A DNA stretch of 64,000 nucleotides from an uncultured Prochlorococcus sp. Its GTDB lineage: Bacteria; Cyanobacteriota; Cyanobacteriia; PCC-6307; Cyanobiaceae. Positions 41,952 to 51,780 of the stretch are shown piece by piece (the stretch's first letter is position 1; each line of letters starts with the position of its first letter). Location of the stretch: positions 36,903 through 100,902 of the forward strand of contig CACNQT010000003.1 of the NCBI GenBank assembly GCA_902622705.1, read 5' to 3'. The translations under genes were made by a program, and so were the position numbers. The notes below the pieces were generated by a model, which ran no database searches, had not been told where the DNA came from, and saw nothing but the letters and a program-made list of their open reading frames with translations.

Positions 41952-42284
41952 TTATCCAAAGGTTCTTCCATTCCAAGCCCACATTGAAGCAGGGACATCC
42001 TCAAAAGAAATATAAATTTTATCTATTGGAATTCCCATTTTCTCAAATACAAAATTAGATATTTCCTTTGCCATTTCAGATGGATTTAAAGAGCCTATTG
42101 ACTTAATCTCTAAAAAACAACAAGGGGTTTTGTCTCCAAAATACATTTGGGAATTATCTTCTAATTTAGCCATAACAAATCTTTTCGATTTATTAGTTAG
42201 TGATGAAACTAGTATTGAAATTTCTTCAAGTAATTTCTTCTTATCATCTACCTTGACTGAAGTAGAAACATTGATATAAGGCAT
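41952..42284 (-). CDS. MIF-family tautomerase
   Basis: N-terminal catalytic Pro (MPYIN), EIKSIG, C-terminal WAWNGRTF. Confidence 0.9.
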   Translation of the reverse strand: MPYINVSTSVKVDDKKKLLEEISILVSSLTNKSKRFVMAKLEDNSQMYFGDKTPCCFLEIKSIGSLNPSEMAKEISNFVFEKMGIPIDKIYISFEDVPASMWAWNGRTFG

Positions 42285-42286
42285 AT

Positions 42287-42457
42287 TTATGCAGCTAAAT
42301 AATCTTTTTGGGAATCAGCTTCTAAATGAACAGTTTTAGATTTTTGGACTTTTTTTGATGACAAATATGTCATATCGTATGAGCTTATTCCATTTTTATA
42401 GGGATTGAAAAGGGCATTTTTAGATCTACTTTTTTTGCTCCTTTTGAATTCAATCAT
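42287..42457 (-). CDS. Small basic hypothetical protein (56 aa)
   Basis: Hand-translated MIEFKRSKKSRSKNALFNPYKNGISSYDMTYLSSKKVQKSKTVHLEADSQKDYLAA; stop 2 nt before the MIF ATG. Confidence 0.6.
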   Translation of the reverse strand: MIEFKRSKKSRSKNALFNPYKNGISSYDMTYLSSKKVQKSKTVHLEADSQKDYLAA

Positions 42458-42611
42458 TTTTAATTAAATTATTAACCAATAATTTAACTTTTTTTCTATA
42501 TATGTCTAGGTTTTTAAAAGTATTTTTAATTAATTAGATATAAAAAACCTATCTAAATCACACTATAAATTTCTATTTACTAAATTTAAGTTACATCTAA
42601 TAATAAATTTT

Positions 42612-43250
42612 TTGGAAGTTTTAAATAATTATCAAAGAAAAAAGCTTGATGAAACTAATGATGAAGAATTTTATTCTGACCCAAAATTTGTTTATCATCT
42701 GGATGCAAATTTCAGACAAAATTTATCGAATGTTTATAAAAATGAAATTACAGATTATTCAACTGTCATTGATTTAATGTCTAGTTGGGACAGTTATTTG
42801 CCTTTAGAAAAAAAATATAAAAAAGTTATTGGGCATGGATTAAACAAACAAGAACTTGAAAAAAACAAAATTTTTGATTCTTATTGGATACAAAATTTCA
42901 ATTTAAATCAAGAACTTCCTCTTGATAGCAAGAGTGTTGACTATTGTTTAATGGTGGCTGCTTGGCAATATTTACAATATCCAGAGAATTTAACTAAAGA
43001 AATCGCAAGGATTTTGAATAATCAGGGCAAATTTATAATTGCTTTTTCAAATAGAGCATTTTGGCATAAGGCTCCAAATATATGGACCACTTCTACTGAG
43101 GAAGAGAGAATCAAGTATGTAAGAAAAGTATTAATCACAAACGGATTTAACGAGCCAAATATTATTAAAAAATTTAATCAACCGGCCCTTAATATCTTTA
43201 ATTTTTCAAATAAAGATCCTTTTTATTGTTTGATTGCAACTAAAGAGTAG
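42612..43250 (+). CDS. SAM-dependent methyltransferase-like protein
   Basis: DLMSSWDSYLP, GHGLN, FSNRAF. Confidence 0.85.
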   Translation: MEVLNNYQRKKLDETNDEEFYSDPKFVYHLDANFRQNLSNVYKNEITDYSTVIDLMSSWDSYLPLEKKYKKVIGHGLNKQELEKNKIFDSYWIQNFNLNQELPLDSKSVDYCLMVAAWQYLQYPENLTKEIARILNNQGKFIIAFSNRAFWHKAPNIWTTSTEEERIKYVRKVLITNGFNEPNIIKKFNQPALNIFNFSNKDPFYCLIATKE

Positions 43251-43357
43251 AAAATTCCCATATCAAATTCAGCGGATTGATAATTAATGGTATAAATCAT
43301 AGTCGATAGCCATACTTTCAAATTTTTACTAATATTGGATAGTTAAAATTAATAATT

Positions 43358-43603
43358 ATGGGTTCAAAAAGAGAAAAATATCCTGAAAAATGCCCTTGGG
43401 ACCTCGGACCTAATCAACATTTAGCCAAAGAAGAAAATTGGACTTTAAGATTAGGAGAAGCAAACGTATGCTTTAGTAAAAACAAATTGGATAATAATTA
43501 TTTTCATGTAATAAGCAATGAAAATGAAGAACAAATTTTAGCCTTTAGAGCAAGACTTCTTTATCAGAAACTACTTGATAAAGGATTTAGATTGGTTGAA
43601 TAG
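43358..43603 (+). CDS. Small hypothetical protein
   Basis: 81-aa ORF; ARLLYQKLLDKGF C-terminus resembles DUF1651-type small Prochlorococcus proteins (tentative). Confidence 0.6.
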   Translation: MGSKREKYPEKCPWDLGPNQHLAKEENWTLRLGEANVCFSKNKLDNNYFHVISNENEEQILAFRARLLYQKLLDKGFRLVE

Positions 43604-43609
43604 AGTAAT

Positions 43610-44263
43610 CTAATTCAATAAACTTAATTCTTCAAAAACAAATTTCTGTATTTCTTCTTCCTGGTTATCGTTTAAGTATTTTATTGTTCTTGAATTCAAA
43701 ATCCAATCATCATTTGTACTTATATTTATAAATTCATCTATGTATTCTAATTTTTGAGAATTCGGTATAAGAGTATTAGGGTCAACTTGTTGACTGGTAT
43801 ATTTTTTGCTAAGTAAACCATCCCCTGTGTTTAAAAACTCGTCAACAAAAATTTCTATTATAGTTCCGTGGATTTTTCTATAAACCATATTAATCCCAAG
43901 ATCTTTGACCCTATATTTATCTCCATCATTTTTACCTGAAACCTTCATTTCTATTCCATTTTCGGAACTCTTTATTAGATTAAAATTATTTTCTGAATGT
44001 ATAGAATGAAAATCTCTTCTTACTCTGTGAATTGAAACTTCAAACAATTGAGAGGCAATGCTTTTAACAATATTCTCATCATCTATATTTTGAATATTTG
44101 GTTTAAAGTCTTTGCCTAATAAGAATTTACCTTCATGAATATTATTTTTATTAATAAAAGTGCATTTACCTTGGTAACCATTAAAATCATTTTTCCAGGT
44201 GTACCTATTTTCATATGCCTTTTGAAAAATTTCCTTACAATTAATTTCTTTTAGCTTCTCCAT
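43610..44263 (-). CDS. DUF3386-like protein
   Basis: AYENRYTW..F.GY, EVSIHRVRR. Confidence 0.8.
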   Translation of the reverse strand: MEKLKEINCKEIFQKAYENRYTWKNDFNGYQGKCTFINKNNIHEGKFLLGKDFKPNIQNIDDENIVKSIASQLFEVSIHRVRRDFHSIHSENNFNLIKSSENGIEMKVSGKNDGDKYRVKDLGINMVYRKIHGTIIEIFVDEFLNTGDGLLSKKYTSQQVDPNTLIPNSQKLEYIDEFINISTNDDWILNSRTIKYLNDNQEEEIQKFVFEELSLLN

Positions 44264-44295
44264 AAATTTTTATAAACCGGTATTGATAATTCTAC

Positions 44296-44329
44296 AAAAA
44301 AACCTCTTTACTTAATAGAGAGGTTTTTT
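44296..44329 (-). terminator. Intrinsic terminator downstream of pcb/isiA
   Basis: AAAAAAACCTCT...AGAGGTTTTTT hairpin. Confidence 0.8.
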
Positions 44330-44341
44330 ATAAAAATTAAA

Positions 44342-45400
44342 CTAATTTTGAGTAATTTTTGTATTTTCTATGTTGTCAAATGCTTGTCCGATTTTCTTAA
44401 AGTCAAATCCCATAGCCCTTAATGCGTGCCAAAGATGACCTTGTAAGAAAAAGAAACCTAAATAGAAATGAGTATTGGCAAGCCAAGCTCTTGAACTGTA
44501 AGCTCCTGAACCTAAATCAACCGTATCAGTAAAATAAGGTGCAAATTCAAATTGAAGCTTTAAAGGCTCTCCATATAAATCAACTGGATATATAGTTGTG
44601 TTTGAAGCACACCAAAAGGCAGCGACAAAAGCCATATAAGAAACACCAACTACTGAGTAAGACAATATTGCCTCAGCTCCAAGCAATCCTTTACCTTTAA
44701 ATTCTGTATATTCTCCAAATTGTTTAGTACAAATATGGAAAACACCTCCGATTATCTCAAGGAAAGCTAGAAAAGCATGTCCTCCCATGACATCCTCTAG
44801 ACTATCAATTTTTAAAAAATCAAATTGATGATTCCAAATAGCTGCAATATCTAAATTGTAAACAACTTGTCTTGTAGATCCGATTGCAGGATCGTAAATT
44901 CCATGAATGCGGGCCCACTCAACGAACATTATTGCTCCAAGACCAAGAAAAATTAGATGATGACCAAGTATAAAAGTTAATTTATCTGGATCATCCCACT
45001 CAAAATCGAATTTTTGAGGCTTACTATTTTCAGGATAGTCTCCAAGATCACCTGCAAATTTATTGGAATGAAGTAATCCCCCAGCACCTAATACCGCTGA
45101 AAAAATTAGATGTAATGTGCAAATTACAACAATTCCATATGGTTCTGTAATTACACCATTTTCAACGCCTCCAATTCCAATTCCTGCTAGGTGAGGCAAA
45201 ACAATTGCTTTCTGTGCACCCATTGGAATACTGGCGTCGTAACGAGCTAATTCGAATAATCCAAAAGCTCCTGCCCAGAACATCATTAATCCTGCATGGG
45301 CTGCATGAGCTGCTATGAATTTACCTGAACGGCCAACAACACCAGAATTTCCTGCGTACCAGTCATAGGTGACATCAGATTTTCCGTAAGTTTGTAACAC
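44342..45400 (-). CDS. pcb: Chlorophyll a/b-binding antenna protein of the Pcb/IsiA family (probably the iron-stress paralogue)
   Basis: QTYG...YDWYAGN, AAHAAHAGL, GHHLIFLG, GHLWHALRA; six-TM CP43-like; adjacent to flavodoxin. Confidence 0.93.
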   Translation of the reverse strand: MLQTYGKSDVTYDWYAGNSGVVGRSGKFIAAHAAHAGLMMFWAGAFGLFELARYDASIPMGAQKAIVLPHLAGIGIGGVENGVITEPYGIVVICTLHLIFSAVLGAGGLLHSNKFAGDLGDYPENSKPQKFDFEWDDPDKLTFILGHHLIFLGLGAIMFVEWARIHGIYDPAIGSTRQVVYNLDIAAIWNHQFDFLKIDSLEDVMGGHAFLAFLEIIGGVFHICTKQFGEYTEFKGKGLLGAEAILSYSVVGVSYMAFVAAFWCASNTTIYPVDLYGEPLKLQFEFAPYFTDTVDLGSGAYSSRAWLANTHFYLGFFFLQGHLWHALRAMGFDFKKIGQAFDNIENTKITQN

Positions 45401-45544
45401 TTGATTTAAGTAAACAGCAAGTTGAGCATATTGCTAATCAGTATGGTTTTTTACATGTTGTTTACAGATTTAATTACTTTTGTAAAAAAAACATATTGAG
45501 AAAGAACAAATGTTACAAATCTGGAAATTAATATCTTTGAAAGC

Positions 45545-46069
45545 TTACGCCAGAGTGGGGATTTCACCTTTTAGCTGAGAAGCCCATGTTTCAAGGCGTG
45601 AATCTGTTAAATCAGATTCACTATCCTCATCTAGAGGTAATCCACAAAAAGTTTCTCCTATGACACTTTTAGACTCATCAAATGTATATGAAGATTTATC
45701 TACGTAACCGACCATTTCTGCTCCTGCTTTAATGAAATAACTATGTAGTTCTTCCATTGCATCACAATAATTTTCTGTATAAGTAGAAGAATCGCCTAAC
45801 CCGAAAATTGCAACCTTCTTTCCTGATAAACTTAGTTCACCAATATCCTCTAAGATTGAATCCCATGCAGTTCCTGATCTTTCTTCATCTGCTCCAGTAT
45901 TCCAAGTAGGTATTCCGCAGATAATTCCATCAAGGCCTTCAAATTCTGAGAGATCATCTACATCAGATACGTCTTTAGGTGCTTCTGCTGAAGAAATAAA
46001 GTTGTGAAGACGATCAGCTACGTCTTCAGTTTTTCCAGTTGTAGTTGCGTAATAAATTCCTACAGTCAT
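45545..46069 (-). CDS. isiB: Flavodoxin
   Basis: YATTTGKTE, PTWNTG, FGLGDS. Confidence 0.96.
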   Translation of the reverse strand: MTVGIYYATTTGKTEDVADRLHNFISSAEAPKDVSDVDDLSEFEGLDGIICGIPTWNTGADEERSGTAWDSILEDIGELSLSGKKVAIFGLGDSSTYTENYCDAMEELHSYFIKAGAEMVGYVDKSSYTFDESKSVIGETFCGLPLDEDSESDLTDSRLETWASQLKGEIPTLA

Positions 46070-46212
46070 AACTTCAAAATGTTTACCTTAAAATAATAAA
46101 ATCTAAAAACGCTAAATTAATTTCTTTAGAAACTTTTTCATGTAAAATTTTATACTAAATAAAGTAAGAAAAATTTTTTTAGGGTAATTTACCAAAAATT
46201 ATTTAAATCGTT

Positions 46213-46947
46213 GTGACTGATAAGTTAAAGAAAAATATCCAAAATCTTGTTGAGGAATTTAATTTTAAAGGGGAGAAAAAATTTAAATTAATTATTTTAT
46301 TTGGTTTATTAGGAGATTTTGATAGCTTTGAATATGCATTTAATTTGAAAAACTTCATTAATAATAATCAAGCTGAAAATTTAGATATTTTTGCCCTTGG
46401 TATTGGGAACAAAAATGGAAAAGAAAAATTCTGTAACTTCACTGGATTTTGTAAAGAAAATCTAGTAGTTGTTTCTGATAATCAAATTCATAATAATTTA
46501 GAAGTCTCAAGAGGATTAGATATAGGTTTAGGAGGTTGGATCAATATGCTGTTGATGCTATCTGGAATAAATTCCTTTAAAACTATAAAAGAAGTTTTTA
46601 GAGGTTATACAGGAGACCGTAAAGCAAAGCAAATCTATTCAGAAATTGACAATATTGACATTCTAAAATTTATAAAATTTTCAGGTAATAATTTCAGACT
46701 GGTTTTCGGGGATGGTTATTTGAGACCATTTGAATTGGCAACATTTAGATTGAATAATATGTATGAAATAATCCAAAATTGGGAAGATTACATTCTTGAT
46801 GAAAAATACCTACCCCAAAGAGGGGCTTCTTTTTTATTAAATGATAAAAATCAAATCATTTATAAATTTTTTTCAAGTGATGTGCTTGGATATTCATCAA
46901 ATATGAGAGACCCTTTAGAATTTTTATCTAATTTAATTAAAGAATAG
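46213..46947 (+). CDS. AhpC/TSA-like (thioredoxin-fold) protein
   Basis: LGDFDSFEYA, RPFELAT.RL, QRGASF. Confidence 0.75.
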   Translation: MTDKLKKNIQNLVEEFNFKGEKKFKLIILFGLLGDFDSFEYAFNLKNFINNNQAENLDIFALGIGNKNGKEKFCNFTGFCKENLVVVSDNQIHNNLEVSRGLDIGLGGWINMLLMLSGINSFKTIKEVFRGYTGDRKAKQIYSEIDNIDILKFIKFSGNNFRLVFGDGYLRPFELATFRLNNMYEIIQNWEDYILDEKYLPQRGASFLLNDKNQIIYKFFSSDVLGYSSNMRDPLEFLSNLIKE

Positions 46948-46960
46948 TTTTAGAAAATTT

Positions 46961-47218
46961 ATGATAGTAGAAATATTTGGGTATATTGCAGCAATCCTAA
47001 CAACCACGGCATTTCTTCCTCAATTGATCAAAACTTTAAAAACAAAAAAGGCAGATGATGTGTCTTTGATAACTTTAATTATGTTTATTATTGGGGTTTT
47101 GTGTTGGATTATTTACGGTTATAAAATCTCGTCAATCCCAATATTATCAGCTAATATAATAACCTTAATTTTAAATCTTTTGATATTAATTTCAAAAATA
47201 TATTTTTCAAAAAGCTAA
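46961..47218 (+). CDS. SemiSWEET/PQ-loop transporter
   Basis: Three TM, AFLPQ, WIIYG, AN. Confidence 0.9.
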   Translation: MIVEIFGYIAAILTTTAFLPQLIKTLKTKKADDVSLITLIMFIIGVLCWIIYGYKISSIPILSANIITLILNLLILISKIYFSKS

Positions 47219-47313
47219 AGTTAACAATAATTATATTAATAGTGTTAATTTACCAATACTTTATTAAAATCTTGATTATTACTTGATTAATATAAGTTTA
47301 AATTATTCTTATC

Positions 47314-47538
47314 TTGAAAACTTCAAAATGCTGGGTTTGGTTTAAAGGTAGCCTTAACAACAGTGGTTATTGGAAAGAAGGTTTTACTTGTACTTTTGAT
47401 GAGAAACCAGGAGTTTTTATAGAAAGTCCTGCCTACGTATCTTGCAGGGTTCCAAACTGGAGAGTCCTGACTAAAGAACCTGAAGATTTATATAAATCTC
47501 CACTAATTCCTGATAAAGCAATTTGGAAAATAATTTAA
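47314..47538 (+). CDS. Small Trp-rich hypothetical protein
   Basis: 74-aa ORF (CWVWFKG...CRVPNWRV). Confidence 0.65.
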   Translation: MKTSKCWVWFKGSLNNSGYWKEGFTCTFDEKPGVFIESPAYVSCRVPNWRVLTKEPEDLYKSPLIPDKAIWKII

Positions 47539-47651
47539 ATTAACAATACAAAATTAAAAAACTTTTTTACTGCGCCCCAACAGGTTAATATTGCTTTATT
47601 AAATATTTAACAAATAACATCTACTCTCTTTTTATAAATATTATTCCTTTC

Positions 47652-48536
47652 TTGATTTTTGGTTTTTTTCTTGGGAAAAAAAAACCAAAAATTTCTGAAT
47701 ATATTGCAAGGCCATTAATAAGATTTGGAATTCCACTTAGTGTAATGGGCCTTTTATTAAAAGAGGGTATAGATTTAAACCTCATTAAAAGTGCATTATT
47801 AGCATTTTCCACAATAGGATTTTTGATAGTTCTCTTGAATACATTCCCAATATTTAATAATAGACTTCCAAATTACACCTTGCAGCTTGCAGGACTAATA
47901 GGAAATACTTCTTTTCTTGGAATACCAATTGCAATAGCACTTCTCCCTACAAAAACAATTAACTTTACTATAGGATTTGACTTGGGAACAACTCTATTTG
48001 CTTGGATATTTGGACCTCTCTTTCTTCAAGAAAAATCTCTAGAAAAGAACATTCCAAATATCAAAGGATTATTAAATGCATTGATAAATAGTCCTGCCTC
48101 AAGAGGGATAATAGGAGTACTTCTAGCATACATTTTTCAAATAGATGGGATATTGGGCAACTATCTATGGATACCTGCAAGAATAGTTATTGCTCTGGCA
48201 ATAATAATTGTGGGAACAAGACTTGGATTAATAACAAATCAAAAGGGTAATTTTTTTGATCTTAATAAAGAAATTAAATTCTCAATTTTATTAAAGTTAT
48301 TTATTCTTCCTTTTATTATTTTTTTTGTAAGCAAATTATTAAATTTTGACTTTTATCAATCATCAGCAGTGATTCTTCAGGCAGGGACCCCAACAGCAAT
48401 ATCAACAATTTTAATGGCAGAGGCTTATGGAGTAAAACAAAAAATTGCTTCCAAAATACTTTTTACTACAACTTTAATTTCAATAGTTACAATTCCACTA
48501 TTAAAGGTTGCTCTAAACATATCTGGCTCAACATAG
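47652..48536 (+). CDS. AEC (auxin efflux carrier) family transporter
   Basis: GNTSFLGIPIA, LLKLFILP, QAGTPTAIS; start uncertain. Confidence 0.88.
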   Translation: MIFGFFLGKKKPKISEYIARPLIRFGIPLSVMGLLLKEGIDLNLIKSALLAFSTIGFLIVLLNTFPIFNNRLPNYTLQLAGLIGNTSFLGIPIAIALLPTKTINFTIGFDLGTTLFAWIFGPLFLQEKSLEKNIPNIKGLLNALINSPASRGIIGVLLAYIFQIDGILGNYLWIPARIVIALAIIIVGTRLGLITNQKGNFFDLNKEIKFSILLKLFILPFIIFFVSKLLNFDFYQSSAVILQAGTPTAISTILMAEAYGVKQKIASKILFTTTLISIVTIPLLKVALNISGST

Positions 48537-48565
48537 GGTTAGAACACAATTGATCTAAATTGTAA

Positions 48566-48594
48566 ACATTATGTCCTGATAACTACATAATGTC
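48566..48594. promoter_or_regulatory. Putative operator: tandem ACATwATGTC boxes
   Basis: ACATTATGTC (48566-48575) and ACATAATGTC (48585-48594), each self-palindromic, 14 nt upstream of a gene with an RHH-like fold. Confidence 0.45.
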
Positions 48595-48608
48595 TTAAGA
48601 TTTAGGTT

Positions 48609-48860
48609 ATGAAGTCAGCAAACCCTGAAAATGAATATATTCCTTTAGATATTAGGATTTCTGTGAGAAGAGATACTCTAAGGCTCATCTCAGAGATGGC
48701 GCAAGATATGGGGATAAGCATTAATGAGGTTTTTAGTTTTTTAGCTGAAGATTCAGTCATTGATCTCGAATTAATCGAAGATTTGAATGGAATTGAAATA
48801 CCCAATAAGTGCAGTCTTGATGATCTAAAAAACGAGCTACTAAAAAAAAGGCTATGTTAA
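48609..48860 (+). CDS. Small protein with ribbon-helix-helix-like motif
   Basis: IRISVRRDTLRLISEMAQDMGISINEVFSFLAE matches the beta-alpha-GxS-alpha RHH pattern. Confidence 0.6.
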   Translation: MKSANPENEYIPLDIRISVRRDTLRLISEMAQDMGISINEVFSFLAEDSVIDLELIEDLNGIEIPNKCSLDDLKNELLKKRLC

Positions 48861-50662
48861 AATTTCTCAACTTTTATATTCTTCCAATTAGATTTATATC
48901 CACTATTAATTAAAAATTCTGAATATTCGTTCAAATCTTTTTTATTTATTCGCCACAAATTATATATTCCATATCGCCCCAATTTTTCATGATTAATATT
49001 TGACCAATGCTCTTCTTGAGAAGAATAATCATCTATGACTATCAATAAAGATTTGTATTCATAATTAGGCTCATCCTGATAATTTTTTCTTCTATCCATA
49101 TTTAGTCTTTCTGTCAGGTTAATTAATCCCTCTTGAGTGTTAGCTTCATAAAAAACTATTTGTCGAGAATAATAATGTAAAGATGGTTTTCTTATGCCAA
49201 TCATTGCCAAGGTTTCCTTTCCTTCGCGATTATCTAAAATTAATTTTGAGATATTCCTCAAAGGTAATTGCCTTGAAGTATCCGCTAATTTTCTGATTGG
49301 AGACATCAAAAAATATTGCCCTATAAAAAGTACAATTTGGAGATAAAGAAATATATTTTTGGATTTAAAAGAGAATAAGATTATTGCACTAATTGTGAAT
49401 AAAAAGAAGAAAAATTTGGCTTTAAAAATTATTCCAGAGCTTATTAATTCAGATGCAAGATTAGGCATCTCGGGATCATTTATTAAACCTAACCAAATAT
49501 TTGAGAAAAAGAATGCAATTGAGATTCCGAAAAAAATAAAAATATTAAAGATCCATAAATATACATAAGTTTTATTTGTATTTTTTAAGCCTATAAAGCT
49601 ATTACTTATTAGAACAGCCGCTGCTGGAATTGCTGGCAACCAATAGCTTGGGAGTTTCGTTGCAGAAATACTAAAGAAAATCAATACTGCCGATAGCCAG
49701 CACAGAGAATATGTATAAAGACTGTTAGAGAGCTCACAACTCTCTTTTAAACTTTTCAAGATATCCTCAAAGGTTTTAAATATTCCATGATACAAAAAAG
49801 GGGTGAATGGTAACGAAGCCAAAATCATTATGTAAAGAAAAAACCATGTCGGTTCTGAATGATTATTAACAACAGATGTATACCTTTGGAAATTATGATA
49901 ACCAAAAAAGTTTTCCCAAAAAGGCTTTCCTTCTTTCAGTAATTCCAAGACGTACCATGGAACACTTATTAGGATTGTTATTAAAAAACCTTTCTTAGGG
50001 TTTATCTTGTAAAGCAAACTTCTCCAATCTTTTTGAATAATTAAAAAAAATGTGATCGTCAATGTTGCCAAAACAAATGCAACAGGTCCTTTAGTTAAAA
50101 TTGCAAAACCCAAAAATGCCCATGCTGAAATACATTCATCATTATTTTCACTTGCCATGCGTCTCCAAAACAAAAGGAGACTGATCCCTAAAGTTCCTGT
50201 TAAAAGAGCATCACTTACAGCAGTTCTACTCCAGATGATTATTAAAGGAGACAGAGCGAAAGCTAGTGATGCCACTATTGGAGTAAGAAATTGCTTATCA
50301 CCTTTCTGCGGCCAACAAAACAACGTATCTGCAATCATCAACATTAAAAATAGTGATGCCAAAGATGAAGGGAGTCTTGCAGAGAGAGTCCCTAAACTAT
50401 CCCAAATCTCAATTTTCGGCAATGAATAAAAAAAACCCATTAACCAATAAATTAGTGGAGGCTTATCAAAACGGAATATGCCATTAACTTTTGGAGTTAA
50501 CCAATCACCAGATTCACTCATTGCTCTTGCGGCAGCTGCGAATAAAGGGGGCGTTTCATCTACCAGTCCTGTTTTTCCTAAATCTAGAATAAATATAATG
50601 ATCGCAAAGATTAAAACTAACAATAAAGTTGCCAGCCTTTTTTTTGAGTTAAGAAGAATCAT
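48857..50662 (-). CDS. ArnT/PMT-family (GT39/GT83) membrane glycosyltransferase
   Basis: DETPP, FDKPPLIYW, ARLPS, LTKGPV, TKLPSY; multi-TM. Confidence 0.9.
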   Translation of the reverse strand: MILLNSKKRLATLLLVLIFAIIIFILDLGKTGLVDETPPLFAAAARAMSESGDWLTPKVNGIFRFDKPPLIYWLMGFFYSLPKIEIWDSLGTLSARLPSSLASLFLMLMIADTLFCWPQKGDKQFLTPIVASLAFALSPLIIIWSRTAVSDALLTGTLGISLLLFWRRMASENNDECISAWAFLGFAILTKGPVAFVLATLTITFFLIIQKDWRSLLYKINPKKGFLITILISVPWYVLELLKEGKPFWENFFGYHNFQRYTSVVNNHSEPTWFFLYIMILASLPFTPFLYHGIFKTFEDILKSLKESCELSNSLYTYSLCWLSAVLIFFSISATKLPSYWLPAIPAAAVLISNSFIGLKNTNKTYVYLWIFNIFIFFGISIAFFFSNIWLGLINDPEMPNLASELISSGIIFKAKFFFFLFTISAIILFSFKSKNIFLYLQIVLFIGQYFLMSPIRKLADTSRQLPLRNISKLILDNREGKETLAMIGIRKPSLHYYSRQIVFYEANTQEGLINLTERLNMDRRKNYQDEPNYEYKSLLIVIDDYSSQEEHWSNINHEKLGRYGIYNLWRINKKDLNEYSEFLINSGYKSNWKNIKVEKF

Positions 50663-50675
50663 TTACTAAATTATT

Positions 50676-51752
50676 TTACTTATATTCATTGATTACTTTA
50701 TTAAGCCAGTTCACAACCTTGTTAGCAAATATCTCTGTAGAAGCATTTTTTTCTACCCATTCTCTACACTTTTTGCGCTTTATTTTTTCAATAATTTCTA
50801 CATAAGAAAGCATGGTTTCTTTATCATCGGGATCTGCAAGATATCCTGTTTTGCCATGCTGAATAATTTCACTAGGTCCTCCTCTTTTGTAAGCTATTAC
50901 TGGCACCCCACAGGCTAAAGCTTCTACAATAACGTTTCCATATGCTTCATTCCATTTCGGGGTATTTAACAAAACCCTACATTTACCAAGTTGTTTTTGT
51001 AATTCATCTGTAGATAAAAACCCCATCCAATCTATAGTTCCTCGCGGATATGATCGTTCTATTTTTGAGGCGTAGTTCTCATCTTCTATGACTCCCCAAA
51101 CATTTAGTTTTTCTTCAAGTTCGTTTGCGACATAAACTGCATCTTCTAAACCTTTTTCCGGAGCAACTCTTCCAACCCAACCCAATGGTCCCTTAATAGA
51201 GTCTTGAAAAATATAATTGTCTAATTTAAAACCATTACCAATTATTGTTGGTTCTTTTATAAATGGATAATCATTGGCTTGTATTTTTGAATGAAAAGCA
51301 AAATTATGTGGATATTTTGTATATACCTTTGAAATTAAATTAAAAATTACTGAACTTTCAGAACCCATACTAATAAGATGGGCAATGGGGATATCTACAT
51401 TTAATGTCATCCAAATAGGTAACCAATCATAAGACATGTTCAACAATATATCTGCTTTTTTGGCAATATCTAATCCTTTTTCAAGCATGCCTGCTAGAAG
51501 CGAATTGTCAGGAATACTTGCAGGGGAATTGTAATTTTGATGCTGCCAACTGACTTGATCTTCACCCTCTACAAAATGTAATATTGCTTTTTCATTACTT
51601 TCGTATAATTTAGAATTTTTAGGAGCTATCACCTCTACCGAGTGACCTAAAGAAAGCAAACCTGAAACTAAGGAATTAAGAGTTAATTCAACTCCTCCGC
51701 CTTTACCGCTTCCTAGGAAACCTATTGGAGTACTAATTAAAACTATTCGCAT
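50676..51752 (-). CDS. Glycosyltransferase family 4
   Basis: GRVAPEKG, EAYGNVIVEALACGVPV; start placed at MRIVLIS. Confidence 0.9.
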   Translation of the reverse strand: MRIVLISTPIGFLGSGKGGGVELTLNSLVSGLLSLGHSVEVIAPKNSKLYESNEKAILHFVEGEDQVSWQHQNYNSPASIPDNSLLAGMLEKGLDIAKKADILLNMSYDWLPIWMTLNVDIPIAHLISMGSESSVIFNLISKVYTKYPHNFAFHSKIQANDYPFIKEPTIIGNGFKLDNYIFQDSIKGPLGWVGRVAPEKGLEDAVYVANELEEKLNVWGVIEDENYASKIERSYPRGTIDWMGFLSTDELQKQLGKCRVLLNTPKWNEAYGNVIVEALACGVPVIAYKRGGPSEIIQHGKTGYLADPDDKETMLSYVEIIEKIKRKKCREWVEKNASTEIFANKVVNWLNKVINEYK

Positions 51753-51780
51753 TATTATACTTTTTACTTTCAGAAACTTC

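Noticed and set aside
41952-42284. Bacterial homologue of the cytokine MIF as a novelty
   Set aside because: Prochlorococcus MIF homologues are already described
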